Origin: a virus
Lineage: Duplodnaviria > Heunggongvirae > Uroviricota > Caudoviricetes
Length of the DNA stretch: 18,155 bases
Reading direction: 5' to 3' (one strand)
IMG/VR virus record: IMGVR_UViG_2585427754_000003
Numbering within the stretch: the stretch's first letter is position 1; each line of letters opens with the position of its first letter. Positions 1-10,075 of this stretch are shown here, one piece after another. A program made the translations under genes and the position numbers. The notes beneath the pieces are model-generated. The model saw only the letters and a list, made by a program, of their open reading frames with translations, had not been told where the DNA came from and ran no database searches.

Positions 1-513
1 AGAGGGCTGGACAGGGCCCTCATCCGTTCACTCAGTCAGGGAAACTGGTTAACCCTGAAACAAAATATTTTACTGACCGGGGCCACCGGCAGCGGTAAAA
101 CGTTCCTGGCATGTGCACTTGGTCATAATGCCTGCCGACAGGGATACAAGGTCTACTATTATCGCCTTAAAGCGCTGATGGAACAGTGCTATCAGGGGCA
201 TGCTGATGGAAGATACAGCAAACTTTTGACCAGGCTGAATAATAGCGATCTGCTGCTTCTGGATGACTGGGGGCTGGAACCTCTCTCATCAGAACAGCGT
301 AGCGACCTGCTGGAAATAGTGGATCTGATGTACCAACGAGGCTCAATCATCGTAGTGAGCCAGTTGCCGGTGGAAAACTGGTACAAAATGATCGGAGACT
401 CCACACATGCGGATGCCATCCTAGATCGACTGGTTCATGGCAGTATCAAGATCGAACTTCAAGGAGAATCAATGCGGAAAATACAATCTCCGTTGACCGA
501 AGGAGATCAGTGA
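1..513 (+). CDS. istB: IS21-family transposition helper ATPase IstB, 5'-truncated by window edge
   Basis: Frame 1 is open from nt 1 to the stop at 511-513. Translation contains Walker A GATGSGKT, Walker B LLLLDDWG and the C-terminal ADAILDRLVH...ELQGESMRK motif typical of IstB/DnaC-like AAA+ proteins. The track ORF 178..513 is only the part after an internal Met. Confidence 0.85.
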   Translation, partial: RGLDRALIRSLSQGNWLTLKQNILLTGATGSGKTFLACALGHNACRQGYKVYYYRLKALMEQCYQGHADGRYSKLLTRLNNSDLLLLDDWGLEPLSSEQRSDLLEIVDLMYQRGSIIVVSQLPVENWYKMIGDSTHADAILDRLVHGSIKIELQGESMRKIQSPLTEGDQ

Positions 514-598
514 AGGTAATTTAAAAACGGTTCTGTGAAAGTGACACGAACCGATCTCCATCGATGTTACTCACCGATCTCCTTCACGGTAATACGCA
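1..598 (+). mobile_element. Right-hand portion of an IS21-family insertion sequence (istB 3' part plus right terminus), continuing upstream of the window
   Basis: istB ends at 513. The following ~85 bp carry repeated gatctcc-type motifs (499-508 inverted, 550-559 and 573-582 direct) and end in ...acgca at ~598, directly followed by lambda nu1 3' sequence from ~599. The exact end is uncertain by a few bp. Confidence 0.65.
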
Positions 599-624
599 GG
601 ATGAACTGATACCGGGGTTGCTGA

Positions 625-4331
<3,707 letters not shown>

Positions 4332-4351
<20 letters not shown>

Positions 4352-6689
4352 TCTCCCGCATATTGCCAGTATGGCCTTTAATGAGCCGCTGATGCTTGAA
4401 CCCGCCTATGCGCGGGTTTTCTTTTGTGCGCTTGCAGGCCAGCTGGGGATCAGCCGCCTGACGGATGCGGTGTCCGGTGACAGCCTGACTGCCGGAGAGG
4501 CACCCGCGACGCTGGCGTTATCCGGTAATGATGACGGGCCACGACAGGCCCGCAGTTATCAGGTCATGAACGGCATCGCCGTGCTGCCGGTGTCCGGCAC
4601 GCTGGTCAGCCGGACGCGGGCGCTGCAGCCGTACTCGGGGATGACCGGTTACAACGGCATTATCGCCCGTCTGCAACAGGCTGCCAGCGACCCGATGGTG
4701 GACGGCATTCTGCTCGATATGGACACGCCAGGCGGAATGGTGGCGGGGGCATTTGACTGCGCTGACATCATCGCCCGTGTGCGAGACATAAAACCGGTAT
4801 GGGCGCTGGCCAACGACATGAACTGCAGTGCAGGTCAGCTGCTTGCCAGTGCCGCCTCCCGGCGTCTGGTCACGCAGACCGCCCGGACAGGCTCCATCGG
4901 CGTCATGATGGCTCACAGTAATTACGGTGCTGCCCTGGAGAAACAGGGGGTGGAAATCACGCTGATTTACAGCGGCAGCCATAAGGTGGATGGCAATCCC
5001 TACAGCCATCTTCCGGATGACGTCCGGGAGACACTGCAGTCCCGGATGGACGCAACCCGCCAGATGTTTGCGCAGAAGGTGTCGGCATATACCGGCCTGT
5101 CTGTGCAGGCTGTGCTGGATACCGAGGCTGCAGTGTACAGCGGTCAGGAGGCCATTGATGTCGGACTGGCTGATGAACTTGTTAACAGCACCGATGCGAT
5201 CACCGTCATGCGTGATGCACTGGATGCGCGTAAATCCCGTCTCTCAGGAGGGCGAATGACCAAAGAGACTCAATCAACAACTGTTTCAGCCACTGCTTCG
5301 CAGACTGACGTTACTGACGTGGTGCCAGCGACGGAGGGCGAAAACGCCAGCGCGGCGCAGCCGGACGTGAACGCGCAGATCACCGCTGCGGTTGCGGCAG
5401 AAAACAGCCGCATTATGGGGATCCTCAACTGTGAGGAGGCTCACGGACGCGAAGAACAGGCCCGCGTGCTGGCAGAACCCCCCGGTATGACCGTGGAAAC
5501 GGCCCGCCGCATTCTGGCAGCTGCACCACAGAGTGCACAGGCGCGCAGTGACACTGCGCTGGATCGTCTGATGCAGGGGGCACCGGCACCGCTGGCTGCA
5601 GGTAACCCGGCATCCTTCATCACTAAAGGCCGCCTGTGCGGCTTTTTTTTACGGGATTTTTTTATGTCGATGTACACAACCGCCCAGCTGCTGGCGGCAA
5701 ATGAGAAGAAATTTAAGTTTGATCCGCTGTTTCTGCGTCTCTTTTTCCGTGAGAGCTATCCCTTCACCACGGAGAAAGTCTATCTCTCACAAATTCCGGG
5801 ACTGGTAAACATGGCGCTGTACGTTTCGCCGATTGTTTCCGGTGAGGTTATCCGCTCCCGTGGCGGCTCCACCTCTGAATTTACACCGGGATATGTCAAG
5901 CCGAAGCATGAGGTGAATCCGCAGATGACCCTGCGTCGCCTGCCGGATGAAGATCCGCAGAATCTGGCGGACCCGGCTTACCGCCGCCGTCGCATCATCA
6001 TGCAGAACATGCGAGACGAAGAGCTGGCCATTGCTCAGGTCGAAGAGATGCAGGCAGTTTCTGCTGTGCTTAAGGGCAAATACACCATGACCGGTGAAGC
6101 CTTCGATCCGGTTGAGGTGGATATGGGCCGCAGTGCGGCGAACAACATCACACAGTCCGGTGGTACGGAGTGGAGCAAGCGTGACAAGTCCACGTATGAC
6201 CCGACCGACGATATCGAAGCCTATGCGCTGAACGCCAGCGGAGTGGTGAATATCATCGTGTTTGATCCGAAAGGCTGGGCGCTGTTCCGTTCCTTCAAAG
6301 CCGTCAAGGAGAAGCTGGATACCCGTCGCGGCTCTAATTCCGAGCTGGAGACAGCGGTAAAAGACCTGGGCGAAGCGGTGTCCTATAAGGGGATGTATGG
6401 CGATACGGCGATCGTCGTGTATTCCGGACAGTACGTGGAAAACGACGTCAAAAAGAACTTCCTTCCGGACAACACGATGGTGCTGGGGAACACTCAGGCA
6501 CGCGGTCTGCGCACCTATGGCTGCATTCAGGATGCGGACGCACAGCGCGAAGGTATTAACGCCTCTGCCCGCTACCCGAAAAACTGGGTGACTACCGGCG
6601 ATCCGGCGCGTGAGTTCACCATGATTCAGTCAGCACCGCTGATGCTGCTGGCTGACCCTGATGCGTTCGTGTCCGTACAACTGGCGTAA
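4332..6689 (+). CDS. C: Prohead protease/scaffold C-Nu3 fused in frame to major capsid protein E (D gene deleted); ~785 codons from the C start
   Basis: C starts at GTG 4332 (MTAELRNLPHIASMAF...) behind SD ggagg at 4321-4325. The frame runs without a stop through the normal C/Nu3 C-terminal region (...AAGNPAS), then a 16-codon linker FITKGRLCGFFLRDFF read from former intergenic sequence, then the E ATG at 5664 and on to the E stop at 6689. The in-frame Nu3 start ATG is at 5046. The track ORF 4197..6689 is the same frame extended upstream into B. Confidence 0.75.
5625..5650 (+). promoter_or_regulatory. Terminator-like GC hairpin plus T-run immediately upstream of the E start, now inside the fusion reading frame
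   Basis: aaaggccgc ctgt gcggc followed by tttttttt: stem gccgc/gcggc (5629-5633 and 5638-5642), loop ctgt, then a T8 run (5643-5650). Confidence 0.45.
5664..6689 (+). CDS. E: Major capsid protein E (341 aa); also forms the C-terminal part of the C-Nu3-E fusion frame
   Basis: MSMYTTAQLLAANEKKFKFDPLFLRLFFRESYPF...DAFVSVQLA, 341 codons from ATG 5664, matching lambda gpE in length and almost all of its sequence. Confidence 0.9.
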   Translation: MSMYTTAQLLAANEKKFKFDPLFLRLFFRESYPFTTEKVYLSQIPGLVNMALYVSPIVSGEVIRSRGGSTSEFTPGYVKPKHEVNPQMTLRRLPDEDPQNLADPAYRRRRIIMQNMRDEELAIAQVEEMQAVSAVLKGKYTMTGEAFDPVEVDMGRSAANNITQSGGTEWSKRDKSTYDPTDDIEAYALNASGVVNIIVFDPKGWALFRSFKAVKEKLDTRRGSNSELETAVKDLGEAVSYKGMYGDTAIVVYSGQYVENDVKKNFLPDNTMVLGNTQARGLRTYGCIQDADAQREGINASARYPKNWVTTGDPAREFTMIQSAPLMLLADPDAFVSVQLA

Positions 6690-6691
6690 TC

Positions 6692-6709
6692 ATGGCCCTT
6701 CGGGGCCAT
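6692..6709 (+). promoter_or_regulatory. Stem-loop with UUCG tetraloop just downstream of the E stop codon
   Basis: atggccc ttcg gggccat: perfect 7-bp stem with ttcg loop, followed by T-rich tttctctctg. Lies between the E stop (6689) and the FI SD ggagga (6721-6726). Confidence 0.45.
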
Positions 6710-6730
6710 TTTCTCTCTGTGGAGGAGTCT

Positions 6731-7126
6731 ATGACGAAAGATGAACTGATTGCCCGTCTTCAGGTGCTGGGTGAGCAACTGAACCGTGATGTCAGCCTGA
6801 CGGGGACGAAAGAAGAACTGGCACTCCGTGTGGCAGAGCTGGAAGAGGAGCTTGATGACACGGATGACGCTGCTGGTCAGGACACATCTGTCAGCCCGGA
6901 AAATGCGCTGACCGGACATGAAAATGAGGTTGTATCAGCGCAGCCGGATACCGTGACTGATACGGCTGATCTGGTCACGGTCGTGGCACTGGTGACGCTG
7001 CATACTGATGCACTTCACGCCACGCGGGATGAGCCTGTGGCATTTGTGCTGCCGGGAACGGCGTTCCGTGTCTCTGCCGGTGTGGCAGCTGAAATGACAG
7101 AGCGCGGCCTGGCCAGAATGCAATAA
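6731..7126 (+). CDS. FI: DNA packaging protein FI
   Basis: MTKDELIARLQVLGEQLNRDVSLTGTKEELALRVAEL...ERGLARMQ, ATG 6731 behind a strong SD. The track ORF starts at 6692, an in-frame ATG inside the hairpin; 6731 is the start consistent with lambda FI. Confidence 0.9.
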   Translation: MTKDELIARLQVLGEQLNRDVSLTGTKEELALRVAELEEELDDTDDAAGQDTSVSPENALTGHENEVVSAQPDTVTDTADLVTVVALVTLHTDALHATRDEPVAFVLPGTAFRVSAGVAAEMTERGLARMQ

Positions 7127-7137
7127 CGGGAGGCGCT

Positions 7138-7491
7138 GTGGCTGATTTCGATAACCTGTTCGATGCTGCCATTGTTCGCGCCGATGAAACGATACGCGGG
7201 TACATGGGAACGTCAGCCACCATGACATCCGGTGAGCTGTCCGGTGCTGTGATACGTGGTGTTTTTGATGACCCTGAAAATATCAGCTATGCCGGACAGG
7301 GGGTGCGCGTTGAAGGCTCCAGCCCGTCCCTGTTTGTCCGGACTGATGATGTGCGGCAGCTGCGGCGTGGAGACACACTGACCATCGGCGAGGAAAACTT
7401 CTGGGTGGACCGGATTTCGCCGGATGATGGCGGAAGCTGTCATCTCTGGCTTGGGCGTGGCGTGCCGCCTGCCGTTAACCGTCGCCGCTGA
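7138..7491 (+). CDS. FII: Head-tail connector / head completion protein FII
   Basis: 117-aa ORF from GTG 7138 (MADFDNLFDAAIVRADETIRGYMG...), same length as lambda gpFII. Confidence 0.9.
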   Translation: MADFDNLFDAAIVRADETIRGYMGTSATMTSGELSGAVIRGVFDDPENISYAGQGVRVEGSSPSLFVRTDDVRQLRRGDTLTIGEENFWVDRISPDDGGSCHLWLGRGVPPAVNRRR

Positions 7492-7502
7492 AAGGGGGAT
7501 GT

Positions 7503-8081
7503 ATGGCCATAAAAGGTCTTGAGCAGGCCATTGAAAACCTCAGCCGTATCAGCAAAACGGCGGTGCCTGGTGCCGCCGCAATGGCCATTAACCGCGTTGC
7601 TTCATCCGCGATATCGCAGTCGGCGTCACAGGTTGCCCGTGAGACAAAGGTACGCCGGAAACTGGTAAAGGAAAGGGCCAGGCTGAAAAGGGCCACGGTC
7701 AAAAATCCGCAGGCCAGAATCAAAGTTAACCGGGGGGATTTGCCCGTAATCAAGCTGGGTAATGCGCGGGTTGTCCTTTCGCGCCGCAGGCGTCGTAAAA
7801 AGGGGCAGCGTTCATCCCTGAAAGGTGGCGGCAGCGTGCTTGTGGTGGGTAACCGTCGTATTCCCGGCGCGTTTATTCAGCAACTGAAAAATGGCCGGTG
7901 GCATGTCATGCAGCGTGTGGCCGGGAAAAACCGTTACCCCATTGATGTGGTGAAAATCCCGATGGCGGTGCCGCTGACCACGGCGTTTAAACAAAATATT
8001 GAACGGATACGGCGTGAACGTCTTCCGAAAGAGCTGGGCTATGCGCTGCAGCATCAACTGAGAATGGTAATAAAGCGATGA
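7503..8081 (+). CDS. Z: Tail completion protein Z
   Basis: 192-aa ORF MAIKGLEQAIENLSRISKTAVPGAAAMAINRVASS..., same length as and colinear with lambda gpZ. Confidence 0.9.
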   Translation: MAIKGLEQAIENLSRISKTAVPGAAAMAINRVASSAISQSASQVARETKVRRKLVKERARLKRATVKNPQARIKVNRGDLPVIKLGNARVVLSRRRRRKKGQRSSLKGGGSVLVVGNRRIPGAFIQQLKNGRWHVMQRVAGKNRYPIDVVKIPMAVPLTTAFKQNIERIRRERLPKELGYALQHQLRMVIKR

Positions 8082-8473
8082 AACATACTGAACTCCGTGC
8101 AGCCGTACTGGATGCACTGGAGAAGCATGACACCGGGGCGACGCTTTTTGATGGTCGCCCCGCTGTTTTTGATGAGGCGGATTTTCCGGCAATTGCCGTT
8201 TATCTCACCGGCGCTGAATACACGGGCGAAGAGCTGGACAGCGATACCTGGCAGGCGGAGCTGCATATTGAAGTTTTCCTGCCTGCTCAGGTGCCGGATT
8301 CAGAGCTGGATGCGTGGATGGAGTCCCGGATTTATCCGGTGATGAGCGATATCCCGGCACTGTCAGATTTGATCACCAGTATGGTGGCCAGCGGCTATGA
8401 CTACCGGCGCGACGATGATGCGGGCCTGTGGAGTTCAGCCGATCTGACTTATGTCATTACCTATGAAATGTGA
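8078..8473 (+). CDS. U: Tail tube terminator protein U
   Basis: 131-aa [51 protein letters not shown]...; ATGA overlap with Z; matches lambda gpU. Confidence 0.9.
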   Translation: MKHTELRAAVLDALEKHDTGATLFDGRPAVFDEADFPAIAVYLTGAEYTGEELDSDTWQAELHIEVFLPAQVPDSELDAWMESRIYPVMSDIPALSDLITSMVASGYDYRRDDDAGLWSSADLTYVITYEM

Positions 8474-8480
8474 GGACGAT

Positions 8481-9221
8481 ATGCCTGTACCAAATCCAGT
8501 AATGCCGGTGAAAGGGGCCGGGACCACACTGTGGGTTTATAAGGGGAACGGTGACCCTTATGCGAACCCGCTTTCAGACGTTGACTGGTCGCGTCTGGCT
8601 AAAGTTAAAGACCTGACGCCCGGCGAACTGACCGCTGAGTCCTATGACGACAGCTATCTCGATGATGAAGATGCGGACTGGACTGCGACCGGGCAGGGGC
8701 AGAAATCTGCCGGAGATACCAGCTTCACGCTGGCGTGGATGCCCGGAGAGCAGGGGCAGCAGGCGCTGCTGGCGTGGTTTAATGAAGGGGATACCCGTGC
8801 CTATAAAATCCGCTTCCCGAACGGCACGGTCGATGTGTTCCGTGGCTGGGTCAGCAGTATCGGTAAGGCGGTGACGGCGAAGGAAGTGATCACCCGCACG
8901 GTGAAAGTCACCAACGTGGGACGTCCGTCGATGGCAGAAGATCGCAGCACGGTAACAGCGGCAACCGGCATGACCGTGACGCCTGCCAGCACCTCGGTGG
9001 TGAAAGGGCAGAGCACCACGCTGACCGTGGCCTTCCAGCCGGAGGGCGTAACCGACAAGAGCTTTCGTGCGGTGTCTGCGGATAAAACAAAAGCCACCGT
9101 GTCGGTCAGTGGTATGACCATCACCGTGAAAGGCGTTGCTGCAGGCAAGGTCAACATTCCGGTTGTATCCGGTAATGGTGAGTTTGCTGCGGTTGCAGAA
9201 ATTACCGTCACCGCCAGTTAA
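8481..9221 (+). CDS. V: Major tail tube protein V (with C-terminal Ig-like domain)
   Basis: 246 codons from ATG 8481 ([22 protein letters not shown]...EITVTAS). The track ORF starts 30 nt upstream at 8451, overlapping the U 3' end; 8481 corresponds to the lambda gpV start. Confidence 0.9.
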   Translation: MPVPNPVMPVKGAGTTLWVYKGNGDPYANPLSDVDWSRLAKVKDLTPGELTAESYDDSYLDDEDADWTATGQGQKSAGDTSFTLAWMPGEQGQQALLAWFNEGDTRAYKIRFPNGTVDVFRGWVSSIGKAVTAKEVITRTVKVTNVGRPSMAEDRSTVTAATGMTVTPASTSVVKGQSTTLTVAFQPEGVTDKSFRAVSADKTKATVSVSGMTITVKGVAAGKVNIPVVSGNGEFAAVAEITVTAS

Positions 9222-9236
9222 TCCGGAGAGTCAGCG

Positions 9237-9659
9237 ATGTTCCTGAAAACCGAATCATTTGAATATAACGGTGTGACCGTCACGCTTTCTGAACTGTCAG
9301 CCCTGCAGCGAATTGAGCATCTCGCCCTGCTGAAACGGCAGGCAGAACAGGCGGAGTCAGACAGCAACCGGAAGTTTACTGTGGAAGACGCCATCAGAAC
9401 CGGTGCTTTTGTGGTAGCGATGTCCCTGTGGCATAACCATCCGCAGAAGACGCAGCAGCCTTCCATGAATGAAGCCGTTAAACAGATTGAGCAGGAAGTG
9501 CTTACCACCTGGCCTACAGAGGCAATTTCTCATGCTGAAAACGTGGTGTACCGGCTGTCCGGTATGTATGAGTTTGTGGTGAATAATGCCCCTGAACAGA
9601 CAGAGGACGCCGGGCCCGCAGAGCCTGTTTCTGCGGGAAAGTGTTCGACGGTGAGCTGA
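9237..9659 (+). CDS. G: Tail assembly chaperone G
   Basis: 140-aa ORF MFLKTESFEYNGVTVTLSELSALQRIEHLALLKRQ...AGKCSTVS, matches lambda gpG; contains the slippery site near its 3' end. Confidence 0.9.
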   Translation: MFLKTESFEYNGVTVTLSELSALQRIEHLALLKRQAEQAESDSNRKFTVEDAIRTGAFVVAMSLWHNHPQKTQQPSMNEAVKQIEQEVLTTWPTEAISHAENVVYRLSGMYEFVVNNAPEQTEDAGPAEPVSAGKCSTVS

Positions 9660-10075
9660 GTTTTGCCCTGAAACTGGCGCGCGAGATGGGGCGACCCGAC
9701 TGGCGTGCCATGCTTGCCGGGATGTCATCCACGGAGTATGCCGACTGGCACCGCTTTTACAGTACCCATTATTTTCATGATGTTCTGCTGGATATGCACT
9801 TTTCCGGGCTGACGTACACCGTGCTCAGCCTGTTTTTCAGCGATCCGGATATGCATCCGCTGGATTTCAGTTTGCTGAACCGGCGTGAGGCTGACGAAGA
9901 GCCTGAAGATGATGTGCTGATGCAGAAAGCGGCAGGGCTTGCCGGAGGTGTCCGCTTTGGCCCGGACGGGAATGAAGTTATCCCTACTTCCCCGGATGTG
10001 GCGGACATGACGGAGGATGACGTAATGCTGATGACAGTATCAGAAGGGATCGCAGGAGGAGTCCGGTATGGCTGA
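9237..10075 (+). CDS. T: Tail assembly protein G-T, made by programmed -1 ribosomal frameshift from the G frame into the T frame (T frame 9641..10075)
   Basis: Slippery heptamer G GGA AAG at 9635-9641 in the G frame. The -1 frame continues GKVFDGELSFALKLAREMGRPDWRAMLAGMSS... to the stop at 10075 and matches the lambda T region. Confidence 0.85.
9635..9641 (+). promoter_or_regulatory. -1 programmed ribosomal frameshift slippery site (GGGAAAG) for G-T
   Basis: Heptamer gggaaag positioned as X XXY YYZ in the G reading frame, 6 codons before the G stop; same motif and position as the lambda G-T frameshift site. Confidence 0.85.

Noticed and set aside
178-513. ORF 178..513 as an independent 111-aa gene
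   Set aside because: The same frame is open back to nt 1 and encodes the Walker A motif upstream of 178; it is the 3' part of istB, not a separate gene.
550-582. Short direct repeats considered as a possible CRISPR or iteron array
   Set aside because: Only two 10-bp copies 23 bp apart, within an IS terminus; better explained as transposase-binding repeats.
541-598. Possible outward-reading promoter in the IS terminus (gtgaca at 541-546; taatac at 590-595)
   Set aside because: The hexamers are poor matches to the -35/-10 consensus with wrong spacing; not supportable from sequence alone.
6692-6730. FI start at ATG 6692 as given by the ORF track (144 aa)
   Set aside because: That ATG sits inside the post-E hairpin with no SD. 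ATG 6731 has a consensus SD and gives the lambda-like MTKDEL N-terminus.
6731-7126. FI middle region differs from lambda by several residues and one codon
   Set aside because: The FI linker is naturally variable among lambdoid phages; ordinary allelic variation.
8451-8480. V start at ATG 8451 (256 aa)
   Set aside because: Overlaps the U 3' end; ATG 8481 (MPVPNP...) follows an SD-like gaggac and corresponds to the lambda gpV start.
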